DNA of 64,000 nucleotides from Candidatus Woesearchaeota archaeon (GTDB lineage Archaea; Nanobdellota; Nanobdellia; Woesearchaeales; 21-14-0-10-32-9): NCBI GenBank assembly GCA_021735165.1, contig JAIPHP010000002.1, positions 5,491 to 69,490 of the forward strand, read 5' to 3'. Shown piece by piece: positions 8,901 to 17,168 of this stretch (position 1 is its first letter; each line of letters starts with the position of its first letter). The notes under the pieces were generated by a model. It saw only the letters and a program-made list of their open reading frames with translations, ran no database searches and was not told where the DNA came from. The position numbers and the translations under genes were made by a program.

Positions 8901-9465
8901 ATAGTTCTGCCATTTGTAGCCCAATAAATAGTAAATTATTTTCATTAATGGATTCTTTCATTAAAGGCAAACCTCGCACGAAGACATCGTATTTACGGTC
9001 TCCTGCAGCTTTAGCTATTTCAAGCGTTTGCGACCAATTATTGATTAAAACATTTTCTAAATCAGGATATTCATTTAAGGAGTAATACATTTGATTAAGC
9101 TGTTCCCGTCTTTCTTGTCTAGTTTTTTCATCGATTTGTTTTGGCTTTTGCTCAATGTTTGCTATTCCTTCAATGAGTTCTTTTATCCGGTTCTTTTCTT
9201 GTTTATCATATTTACTGGGTTCATTTACAACTTTTTCTAGGTCTTTCATTAAAGCTTGCAAATATGTGTAAATCTTGTCATAGTGATGTATATTATTTTT
9301 ATGAAACTCATTAATATCTTGAATTACCAGAACATCAATTTCCTCCAATCTTAAAATTTTTTTCTTATCAAAATCAGAAATGTTTAAACCAGCTTCGGCT
9401 AATTGATTCAAATGCTTAACCAATCTAGCATTTAATTGCTTTGGTGGTGTTTTGAATATAGACAT
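5953..9465 (-). CDS. Giant tandem-repeat protein (1170 aa) of unknown function, with a possible GNAT-like C-terminal region
   Basis: At least 14 tandem ~33-aa repeats of consensus ILNEKTLPxxVxLVKxxGDQ (HEAT/ARM-like helical repeats). The C-terminal stretch VCVAIDD...LMIILDEEQNACGGVIYRT resembles a GNAT core. Confidence 0.7.
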   Translation of the reverse strand: MSIFKTPPKQLNARLVKHLNQLAEAGLNISDFDKKKILRLEEIDVLVIQDINEFHKNNIHHYDKIYTYLQALMKDLEKVVNEPSKYDKQEKNRIKELIEGIANIEQKPKQIDEKTRQERREQLNQMYYSLNEYPDLENVLINNWSQTLEIAKAAGDRKYDVFVRGLPLMKESINENNLLFIGLQMAELSKSLWIHSHVLEFYLPDIREILNEKTLPYIVELVKALGVDQTESVFKHYLPELVDILNENTLPDMVKLVKSSGDQAGEVISFCSYQIENILNEKTFPDIIKIVKAAGDYRLLVLEKGLSKIRDILNENNLLSIGLQLVKIAKVSGDQAESVLKSFYYVKFKINQNNVLSIGLQLSELFKAEGELSKHVLMFGFREIKNIINENNILSIGLSLAELIKYLKFNSINFLKYWGLHKIKDILNEKKLFYLAEISKAAGDEKNGFFFYGLLEIKDVLTEKTLAYLVEIAKVIRSETHSFFNDGLLEIKPALNEKTLPYLVEMVKLTGDQTNHVFKHGLSSIKEIINEKTLPHILQIVKASKEHTKVVFCEGLPTIKYMINEENLPKITEYFIHILQKTKGAEWENFSKFELLLPYFNRFKILTFPLLIIPTVESQGPASFICIECYSGIAKYEGVYNEKDLELLVWITSKKQRKAPDILHNLILEGLKQNIIQKPISHDAEIIKQFLENSPAYLLEIYTEFRNIYIGTHEDKHIHYEKLFKDVKQLKKEILDGNLTKDYDENILLGTLYSVFAPEVTVDRQQYKRAIQNRQDRQSDIPGELNKLSGLTVRISKGGFVLKEEVNTQSWNNLVEAVTEINQKPIHIDPAETGMHILTDFLHGDLRNKQKEYLKYIYSYNIQLGNQLPSFSSEHETLMKYKEFIGDRLRNDLILSLLSKAQEKYKNEFLVLTNTNKDYRQFAKTLFGIWKSNMNNKENKIIEIINSKGFNIQEINWPENIDVDQINQFLIQNSSNIIDKSLVQQIFNQLYGEQYENMQKEMTKFEFKKEGRSLTGTPFKFILTKHKMHSVAMFNFGVCVAIDDKLWNQPDMWLMIILDEEQNACGGVIYRTIQEQGNTYLIASIQPSSSILASVSPDNLYKKIIQYSKTMVKKLGYTSLLIPTSSTIHSNRGSIQELINAQQYPQITLKQEYAFSYSPYHYTYQQFYIV

Positions 9466-9654
9466 AATTCATTTTTAGCCTGAAGAATATTTAAATATTG
9501 CTTTTAAATTTGAAAAATACTTTAAATTATGCCAAAATGGTATGATAGACGCAGAGTTCATTATTCATGTTTCAACAATTTGCAGTAACATCTGCAACAC
9601 TTAACATCATAATTTTTAGAAAGAATTATATAATCTCTTAGCTAACAGCGTAAT

Positions 9655-9906
9655 ATGAGCTCAATCGATAATACCTGCAACGAAAAAGAAGAAACAGAAG
9701 ACGAATTAAAAATAATGAATGCAGAAGCTAGAAAACGTATAAAAAATGGTTTTTTTCATGAAACTTATGGAAATTTTCTTTCTAAGGATAATACAGAAAA
9801 GAAAAAAGGCGGCGTTTTAAATCCTGTCGGTGTATATGAAAAAAACGGGAAAAAATATACTAAAGTAATAGGCGGTCCAGATAAGCCATATAAAAAAATA
9901 GGTTAA
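9655..9906 (+). CDS. Small hypothetical basic protein
   Basis: 83-aa ORF preceded by TATA-like sequences; no recognisable motif. Confidence 0.3.
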   Translation: MSSIDNTCNEKEETEDELKIMNAEARKRIKNGFFHETYGNFLSKDNTEKKKGGVLNPVGVYEKNGKKYTKVIGGPDKPYKKIG

Positions 9907-9944
9907 TTCTTTGTGATTTAATAGAAATAATTTTTTCATTCACA

Positions 9945-9990
9945 GTTCCTTTGTTGCGACCCGTTTTAACTTGCCATCGCAGAGCCCATC
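9945..9990 (+). repeat. Cassette-boundary motif, copy D
   Basis: gttcctttgttgcgacccgttttaacttgccatcgcagagcccatc carries an internal tgcga...tcgca inverted pair. Confidence 0.7.
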
Positions 9991-10048
9991 AGTATAAAAA
10001 AGATTCGAAACACTTAATTATAATATTTATATTGTAAAACGCCGAATA

Positions 10049-10170
10049 ATGAAAATCCCTGCTCCGAGTCTTCTAAGAAACTAAGTTTCTTGCGCACAGA
10101 AATCAAAACTGATTTCTTCGTGTATTTCCACCCTAAAAGCAAAGCTTTTGTGTGCAATTAAACATTTAAG
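10049..10170 (+). repeat. Intergenic repeat family 2, copy 1 (candidate small ncRNA or element remnant)
   Basis: atgaaaatccctgctccgagtct is a 23-nt exact match to 32637-32659. The copies also share gtgtat.tcca.cctaaa and the hairpin acaaaagcaaagcttttgtgt. Confidence 0.5.
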
Positions 10171-10235
10171 CAATTTATCTGATAATTATAAATATTTCAA
10201 TAAATTTATTAAGTGTCTAATCCAATTATTCTTTT

Positions 10236-10688
10236 ATGAATATTGTAAGACAATTTGTAACTAGAGGCGTTTGTATTAGAGGAAACCAAATTCTAATCCT
10301 GAATAAAAAAGGAGAATGTCACTATTTTTTACCAGGAGGAAGAGTGGAAAAAGGAGAACGTTGTGAAGATGCTCTTATTAGAGAAATAAAAGAGGAATTG
10401 AATAAAGATTCTTCAATCATAAGATATATTGGAGCAATTGAACACGATTTTATTCATTACTCAGGAAAACAATATTATGAAATAGGAAACTTTTTTCTTA
10501 TTGATATCAAAGATATTGATTCGGATGTAGTATCTTCAAATGAAACTGAATTAGAATTTCAATGGAAAAATATTGATGATCTTGATAAAATAAATATTAA
10601 ACCTTCACCAGTTGTTGAACTTATTAGACATATCAACTCCAAGAACGCAAAAGCATTTTGGGCCTCTACATTACTTAAAAAACGATGA
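10236..10688 (+). CDS. Nudix hydrolase
   Basis: Nudix box GGRVEKGERCEDALIREIKEELN. Confidence 0.85.
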   Translation: MNIVRQFVTRGVCIRGNQILILNKKGECHYFLPGGRVEKGERCEDALIREIKEELNKDSSIIRYIGAIEHDFIHYSGKQYYEIGNFFLIDIKDIDSDVVSSNETELEFQWKNIDDLDKINIKPSPVVELIRHINSKNAKAFWASTLLKKR

Positions 10689-10838
10689 TAAACTGAAAAT
10701 TTCACTCAAACATTAGGATTGTTTACATTAAATGATTTCGTACATGAGCAAGTATAGAAGAATTCTTTAAATATTTTTTAGGGGTGAAAGCAAATTCATA
10801 TAGAAATATATTTAAATACGCGTCTTAATTGTTTTATT

Positions 10839-11195
10839 ATGAGAAAAAAAGAAGAAGAAAGCATTATTAGAAGAACTGTTGGTGTTGCTGCGCGTTCTTT
10901 TAAGAGAGCCATTCTTGGTTCTGAAGTCGGTAAGGTCGTTGAAGAAATTAAAGAAGAAATTGATGAAACTATTGAATTGACTAAAAAAAGAGTTGATAAA
11001 TTGGTTTTTGATATTGCTAGTCATTCTTTTAGTTTGTTGATAGTTGCTGTTGGTGTTTTGTTGGCTTTTTTAGGTGTTGCTTATTTTTTGATTGATGTTT
11101 TGTTTGTGCCTAGAAGTGCTAGTTTTATTTTTGTTGGTGTTGTTTTGTTGTTGTTTGGTTATTTGTCTTTGAGAAATATTAGAAATTTGATTTAA
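10839..11195 (+). CDS. Small membrane protein, hypothetical
   Basis: Charged N-terminal half followed by two predicted transmembrane helices. Confidence 0.4.
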   Translation: MRKKEEESIIRRTVGVAARSFKRAILGSEVGKVVEEIKEEIDETIELTKKRVDKLVFDIASHSFSLLIVAVGVLLAFLGVAYFLIDVLFVPRSASFIFVGVVLLLFGYLSLRNIRNLI

Positions 11196-12283
11196 TTTGT
11201 TTTTCCTTGTTTTTGTTGATCTTTTGTTTTTCCTATTATTATTTTTTTTATATTGTAGTTGCAGGCATCTATTTTTACTATTTCTTCAGATATTACTTTG
11301 TGCCAGTTCTTTGGATTTCCTTGTTCTATTGCTGTTAAATACAATATGTCTAGTTTATTTGGTAAATATTCTATTAATTTTATCGTTTCATATATTTCGT
11401 GTTTTAATTCATTTTCTATTCTTGAAGAATATAGACTCATTAGGGGGTATTCGTCTTCGTATTTTTTGAATAGAGGGTCTTGTATTTTTTCAGCTAATAT
11501 TTTGTAGCTGCTTTCTGTTAGTTTTTTATTTTCTAATTCTTCATCTAGTATGTAATTTACTAGCGGAGTTAATAGCAGCGCCATATCGTATTCATATGGT
11601 TTTTTATTTTCGTCTAGTTCATCTATTTTTTTTATGAGTTTCTCGTACTGCATTATTTCTATTTCGTCTAGAGTCTCAAATTCCATTATTGGTAATTCTT
11701 CTGTTTGGGTATACAGTAGTTCTATTCCTTCGTTTATGAATTTTATTTCTAAAGGTATTTCGTTGTTGAGGTATTCTTTTAGTATTTGTTCTTGTTCTTC
11801 CTTGTCTTTGAGTTCTTGGTCGTTCATTTCTTTTTTGTATTTTGTGCTACACAGATTTTCCCAGAATCTTCCATTTATTATGTGTTCGTATATTTTATCG
11901 TTTAATATTGAGTATATTGGTGTTTTTATGTTTTTTAGCATGTCATAGAGTGTTGTGTTTGGTTTTTTTGAGGTTTTGAGTCTTTTTATCGGTTCTGCTA
12001 TGAATGCTGTGTTTATGCTAAGATATAGTGCTTCTTCTATTTCTTTTGTTGTTAAATCTATTGTGTTATTTTTTTGGTTTAGTATTTCTTCTATTGTCGT
12101 TATTGTTTCCCAAAACATTTTTTGTTTTATGCCTTCCAGAAATTTTTTCTCTTGATATTTCATTTTATTTTTTTTTCTTATTTGATATTTTGATATGAAT
12201 GATTGAACGTGTAGTTTTAATTTGTTTTGTGAAGCCATTCGGTTTTTTATTTCTGTGTTTAGAAGAGTGTTTAATTCAATCAT
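11192..12283 (-). CDS. Hypothetical acidic/lysine-rich protein
   Basis: 363-aa ORF with a coherent A-rich coding strand and no recognisable motif. Confidence 0.45.
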   Translation of the reverse strand: MIELNTLLNTEIKNRMASQNKLKLHVQSFISKYQIRKKNKMKYQEKKFLEGIKQKMFWETITTIEEILNQKNNTIDLTTKEIEEALYLSINTAFIAEPIKRLKTSKKPNTTLYDMLKNIKTPIYSILNDKIYEHIINGRFWENLCSTKYKKEMNDQELKDKEEQEQILKEYLNNEIPLEIKFINEGIELLYTQTEELPIMEFETLDEIEIMQYEKLIKKIDELDENKKPYEYDMALLLTPLVNYILDEELENKKLTESSYKILAEKIQDPLFKKYEDEYPLMSLYSSRIENELKHEIYETIKLIEYLPNKLDILYLTAIEQGNPKNWHKVISEEIVKIDACNYNIKKIIIGKTKDQQKQGKTN

Positions 12284-12510
12284 TGTTGTTTACTTTTTTT
12301 ATTGTGTTAGTATTTAAGCTTTTCCTTAGCTCAAGAATTTTTTTTTGTGTTTAGTAACTATTATTTGACGAAAAGTTCATTTATTTTTTTGTTCTGTTAA
12401 AATATTTGTTTTGTTTAATATTTTTACGTGCTTTATTATTTATTTTTTAAATTTTCATTATATCTTCAGATTTTATATTTTTATTATACTTTAGCACAAT
12501 TAGTTTTTTG

Positions 12511-15021
12511 TTATAGTTTTAGTTTTTTATTTATGTCTTCTTTAAACCTTTTTAATGTTTTTATTATGTGTTCTGGTTGAGTTTTTAGTATATCTGCTGT
12601 TTTTTGTATTATTTGAGCATCATTTCCATCTATGGTTTCTTGACTTTCAAGATTGAATTTTTCGAGTTTGTTTTTCTTTATTTTTTTCCATTTTTGAAAC
12701 ATTTCTTCTGCTCTTGCAGGTATTTTATTTTTTGTACAATCAAGTATTTGTTCTGACTCCGCAATTATTTTTCTTTCTTTTTCAAATTCTTTTTCTGCCG
12801 CATTTCCTGCCACAAATTCTAATCTTACTATCCCGTCCTGTATCTTTGATGTTCTTAATATTTTTATATGGCCTACATCTCCAGTTACATCTAAATGTGT
12901 TCCTCCGCATGCTTCTACATCAAATCCTTCTATGTTTACTATGCGCAATTCTTTTCCGGGCACTGCGCCTCCTTGGTATATTCTAACAGAGTATTTTGCT
13001 TCTGCAAGGTTTCTCTTCATAAATGATTTGTATATTGGTCTATTCTCTTCAACTATTTTATTTGCAAGTTCCTCTATTTTTTTTATTTCTTGATCAGTTA
13101 ATTGTTCGTAATGAGTTATGTCTAGTCTTGAACTTTCAAGTTTTTTGCTTGCTCCAGCTTGCCATATGTGATCTCCTAAGACTCTGCGTGCAGAACCAGT
13201 CATTATATGTGTTGCTGTGTGATGTTGTGCTAGTTGCTGTCTTCTTGCATAGTCTATTTTGCATTCAACAAAATCTCCTGGTTTTACTTGTAAATTCTTT
13301 ACTTTGTGCAATACTAAATTTCCTTGTTTTATTACATCTATAATTTCTTTTTCATTCATTGTTCCTATGTCGTGTATTTGGCCTCCACTTGTGGGATAAA
13401 ATGCTGTTTTATCAAGAATGACATAATCCTGAATGATTTCTAAAACCCTTGCTTTAAACTCTAAATAATCCCAGTGGTCATAGTACAATATTTGTGTAGG
13501 TTCTAATTCTTCTTTTACAGGAAAAATTTCTTTTTTCTTTGTTTGAGTTATTTGTTCTTTTTGTTCGTGTTTTTCTGCAACTAAAGAATAGAAGTTTTCA
13601 GGTATTTTTATTTCTTTATTTTGTTTTTTTGCTTCTTTTTCTATTTCCTCAGGATTCATTCCATGACTATCGTAAAGTTCTATTAGTGTTTGAGTGGTTA
13701 CTTCTTTTTTGACTGCTTTTTCTATGAGTTTTTTCCCTCTTTCTTTGTTTTCATCGTATTTTCTTTTTTCTACCTCAAGAATTTTTCTTACATGATTTAT
13801 GTTTTTAATTAGTTCTGGGTATTGTGGTTCTAAGTATTTTGCATGCCATTGACAAACATCTCCTAAATCAATATCCCAAGAATATTTATCTATGAAACTT
13901 AGTGCTCTTCTTAGTATTGCTCTTAAATTGTACCCTCCCTTTACGTTGCTAGGAAGTGCTCCGTCGCTTATCGCAATTAACAGCGATCTTGAATGTTCTG
14001 CTACCGAATACATAGCGCTTAAAGGCAACAATTTATTTTTTAATTCGACTAAATCCATGTTTAATTTTTGTGCTACTTTATTCCATTCTTCGTTAACGTT
14101 TTCTGTTTCATCAAGATTTAAATAAGAGGCGTGAGGCACATATTTTTTTATGAACTCTTCATCGTATTCTATTTTTGTTTTTTCGATTAATTTTTTTATT
14201 ACTGTTGGGAATGCTACATCATACATAGTTCCTTGACCTTGTGTGAACCAGGCTACTCTTTCCTGACCCATCCCCATATCTAGCACTTTTAGATTTAGTT
14301 CTTTGTTACCATCTTCTGTTTGTTCAAATAGCATATATACTTGGTTTCCAAGTTCTACTCCTCCTGAAAAGAATTCCATGCAAGGTCCGAAGTTGCCTCC
14401 ACCCGCCCAAGCATCTTCATGTAATATTAGTTCATCTTTAGGAATCCCAACACCTATTAGAAACCAGTCTAGGAGATCTTTAAATACTTTTTCTTGATCC
14501 CATTCTTCTTTTTTCTGAAATGCGTGTTGTCCTATCATTACGAATCCTGTATTATGGCTCATTGTTATTCCTACATTATCTACATCGTTAAATCTGAGAC
14601 AGAATTGTGGAACTACTAAAGGGTTTGCTGGAGGATCTATTGATCCATTTACTACGTAAGGTTGAAAATCGTATATGCTTGCTTGTACGAAATCTGTATC
14701 ATCTCGCCATCTTGCAACTACAGTGTATCTTTCTATAGGAGTGTAACCTTTTTCTTTGAAAAATTTTGAGAATTCCTTCCAAGTTTCTATGTAATTCATG
14801 CTTTTGCTTGATATTTTTTTTGAGAGAAATGTGAATCCTCCACTGCACGATGGGTCTCCACAAGTAGTTCTTTCTTTGTTGTGCGTGTAAAAATATGTTT
14901 TACAACTGCATTGTTTTCTTATATAACCTTCATTTTTTAGTGTTTTTACAGCATAATATTTATTAGGGTCTTTGCTTGTTTCTTTTTTGAATTGTTTTTT
15001 TAGCTGTTTGTCAGGCATCAT
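12511..15021 (-). CDS. alaS: Alanyl-tRNA synthetase, archaeal type
   Basis: 836 aa with the archaeal AlaRS N-terminal catalytic core (FGPCMEFF, GGGNFG), the editing-domain HxxxH motif (HTATHIM) and CGGTHL. Confidence 0.9.
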   Translation of the reverse strand: MMPDKQLKKQFKKETSKDPNKYYAVKTLKNEGYIRKQCSCKTYFYTHNKERTTCGDPSCSGGFTFLSKKISSKSMNYIETWKEFSKFFKEKGYTPIERYTVVARWRDDTDFVQASIYDFQPYVVNGSIDPPANPLVVPQFCLRFNDVDNVGITMSHNTGFVMIGQHAFQKKEEWDQEKVFKDLLDWFLIGVGIPKDELILHEDAWAGGGNFGPCMEFFSGGVELGNQVYMLFEQTEDGNKELNLKVLDMGMGQERVAWFTQGQGTMYDVAFPTVIKKLIEKTKIEYDEEFIKKYVPHASYLNLDETENVNEEWNKVAQKLNMDLVELKNKLLPLSAMYSVAEHSRSLLIAISDGALPSNVKGGYNLRAILRRALSFIDKYSWDIDLGDVCQWHAKYLEPQYPELIKNINHVRKILEVEKRKYDENKERGKKLIEKAVKKEVTTQTLIELYDSHGMNPEEIEKEAKKQNKEIKIPENFYSLVAEKHEQKEQITQTKKKEIFPVKEELEPTQILYYDHWDYLEFKARVLEIIQDYVILDKTAFYPTSGGQIHDIGTMNEKEIIDVIKQGNLVLHKVKNLQVKPGDFVECKIDYARRQQLAQHHTATHIMTGSARRVLGDHIWQAGASKKLESSRLDITHYEQLTDQEIKKIEELANKIVEENRPIYKSFMKRNLAEAKYSVRIYQGGAVPGKELRIVNIEGFDVEACGGTHLDVTGDVGHIKILRTSKIQDGIVRLEFVAGNAAEKEFEKERKIIAESEQILDCTKNKIPARAEEMFQKWKKIKKNKLEKFNLESQETIDGNDAQIIQKTADILKTQPEHIIKTLKRFKEDINKKLKL

Positions 15022-15104
15022 TTTTTATTTTTGATATTTTTGTTTCTTTTTTATATGTTATGTTTGCGCAAAGTATATAAATATTATTTGGTTTTTGTTG
15101 TTTT

Positions 15105-15770
15105 ATGAGTAAAAGAAAATTATCTTCAGCTGAATTAGCTGATAGGAAAAAGAAAAGAAATAGCATAATTATAGGTATTATTTTGGTTGGCTTAATGATT
15201 TTTAGCATGGCAGGATATGCTTTAAGCAATAATAATGCCCCTGTTAATGCCGATTTTAGTGGGTTTGACTACGAGGATTATTCTTTTGAGACTCGTCAGA
15301 ATAATGGCAATTACTTTTATGTTACTAAGATTAATGGTTTTGAGGTTGCGTTTTATTCGACACCTTATCAAGTTAATAAACTTTCTTTAGATGAGGATTT
15401 TTTAGAATCTTTCTTGTTTGGGGACAACATTTATTTTTCATCTGAGCCTTTGCCTGTCAATGGCCAAGTACCCTTGTATCAACAGTATTTAGATTTAATA
15501 GTTCCTGATATTATGAGTAGTACTAATAGACCTATTATGCGCGGATATTTAAAGACTGATATGTTTAATGAGGGTACAGTTATTACTTGTGATGATGCTA
15601 GTAATAGTACTTCTGTCGTTGTTTATGCAGGCGAACCAAATAATGTTACAAGTGCAGGTATTTATTCGTCAAATATCAGTGGTTGTTTTGATATGTATGT
15701 TAGTGCTGCTGATTTGATTTTGTTGAGGGATTACTTGGTTTATGTTCATTGGGGTATTTTGAATGAGTGA
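15105..15770 (+). CDS. Membrane-anchored hypothetical protein
   Basis: Basic N-terminus, one transmembrane helix (IIIGIILVGLMIFSMAGYAL), then a presumably extracytoplasmic domain. Confidence 0.5.
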   Translation: MSKRKLSSAELADRKKKRNSIIIGIILVGLMIFSMAGYALSNNNAPVNADFSGFDYEDYSFETRQNNGNYFYVTKINGFEVAFYSTPYQVNKLSLDEDFLESFLFGDNIYFSSEPLPVNGQVPLYQQYLDLIVPDIMSSTNRPIMRGYLKTDMFNEGTVITCDDASNSTSVVVYAGEPNNVTSAGIYSSNISGCFDMYVSAADLILLRDYLVYVHWGILNE

Positions 15771-16569
15771 TTCTAAAGATAACATTAAAGATAAGAAAGC
15801 AATTAAGACAAATAATTCTAGTAAAATTAAAAATAAATTAGGGGATACGAATAAAGTTGTAAATATTGAAGATGCTAACCCTGAAGATGTTAAACCTAAA
15901 GATGTTAAAGCTAAAAACATTAAACGTAAAAGTGTTAAAAATAAAAAAAAGGTTAGTTTGAAATTTGTTTTTTTATTATTTGTTTTAGTGGTGTTCATTA
16001 TTATTGTGTCTTTTTCTATTTTTGAATCCCCTGTAGTTGAATATAATGAATCTGTTGTGCCTATTAATTACAATAACTATACATTTAAGTTAAGGTCTGA
16101 TGGTTTTTGGGAGACTATTATTGATACTCCTTCGGGTGTAAGATCTGCTTTGTTCCATTATAACCCATATGATTTAGAAGATGTTTATTTTGATGGCAAT
16201 ATTACTAAAGATTTGAGAACTGTTCATAAATTTGGAGGGAATGCTTTTGTTTCCGTAAGACCTGAAGCTTTAACCAGCGGTTCTTTTGCGTTGTCAGGCA
16301 TTGAAGTTGCTAAGATTTTAAGTCATGTTGTTGGTTTTTCAGATGGCAGAACTAAGAGTGCTTTAACTGAAAAACTTGAAGGTGTTAATAGCACTATTGC
16401 CAATTGTGATACTGCTAATCCTATGAGATTTGTTGTGGAAATAGGCATGTCTAATCTTTCAGGCATTTATTATGAGGATTATTGTGTTAGATTGTTGGGA
16501 TCTGACGTGAATGAGACTCTACGATTAGCAGATACTTTCGCATTTTATGTTATTGGTGTGATGGATTAA
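15763..16569 (+). CDS. Membrane-anchored hypothetical protein
   Basis: Lysine-rich N-terminus, one transmembrane helix (FVFLLFVLVVFIIIVSFSIF), then a large C-terminal domain. It overlaps the upstream gene by 8 nt (ATGAGTGA). Confidence 0.5.
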   Translation: MSDSKDNIKDKKAIKTNNSSKIKNKLGDTNKVVNIEDANPEDVKPKDVKAKNIKRKSVKNKKKVSLKFVFLLFVLVVFIIIVSFSIFESPVVEYNESVVPINYNNYTFKLRSDGFWETIIDTPSGVRSALFHYNPYDLEDVYFDGNITKDLRTVHKFGGNAFVSVRPEALTSGSFALSGIEVAKILSHVVGFSDGRTKSALTEKLEGVNSTIANCDTANPMRFVVEIGMSNLSGIYYEDYCVRLLGSDVNETLRLADTFAFYVIGVMD

Positions 16570-16570
16570 A

Positions 16571-17161
16571 ATGGATCATTATTTTTCTGAAAATCCTACG
16601 TCAGATTTAAAAAAGTTTAAAATTAACGTTTTTTTAAAAGAAGATTCATTTTCTTTGTGGTCTGCTAGTGGTTTGTTTTCCAGAGATGAATTAGATTTTG
16701 CTTCTAAGCTTTTAATTGAAAACGCCGTAATTTCAGATTTTAGTAAAGTTTTGGACTTGGGTTGTGGTTGTGGAGTTATAGGTATTTCTTTAATAAGAAA
16801 ATTTTCTGATTTAAATGTATTTTTTAGCGATGTAAATTTGAGAGCTATTTCAGTTACTGCGGAAAATCTGAAGTTGTTAAAATTAAAAGGTAAAGTTGTT
16901 CAGTCTGATTTGTTTGAAAAAATTAATGATAAATTCGATGTTATTATCAGTAATCCTCCTATAGCAGCTGGAAGGCGTGTTTGTTTTAAATTGATAGAAG
17001 ATTCTAAAAATTATTTGGTTAAAGGAGGTAATTTGCAGTTGGTTGCCAGGCACAATAAAGGCGGTTTTACTCTTGAGAAAAAAATGGAGGATGTTTTCGG
17101 TAATGTTAAGTGTTTAGTTAAGAAAGGTGGTTTTAGGGTTTATATCTCTGAAAATGTTTGA
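16571..17161 (+). CDS. Class I SAM-dependent methyltransferase, small MTS/RsmC-like
   Basis: SAM-binding motif VLDLGCGCGVIG and the NPP(I) motif typical of N-methyltransferases acting on nucleic-acid or protein amino groups. Confidence 0.7.
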   Translation: MDHYFSENPTSDLKKFKINVFLKEDSFSLWSASGLFSRDELDFASKLLIENAVISDFSKVLDLGCGCGVIGISLIRKFSDLNVFFSDVNLRAISVTAENLKLLKLKGKVVQSDLFEKINDKFDVIISNPPIAAGRRVCFKLIEDSKNYLVKGGNLQLVARHNKGGFTLEKKMEDVFGNVKCLVKKGGFRVYISENV

Positions 17162-17168
17162 TTGAGTT

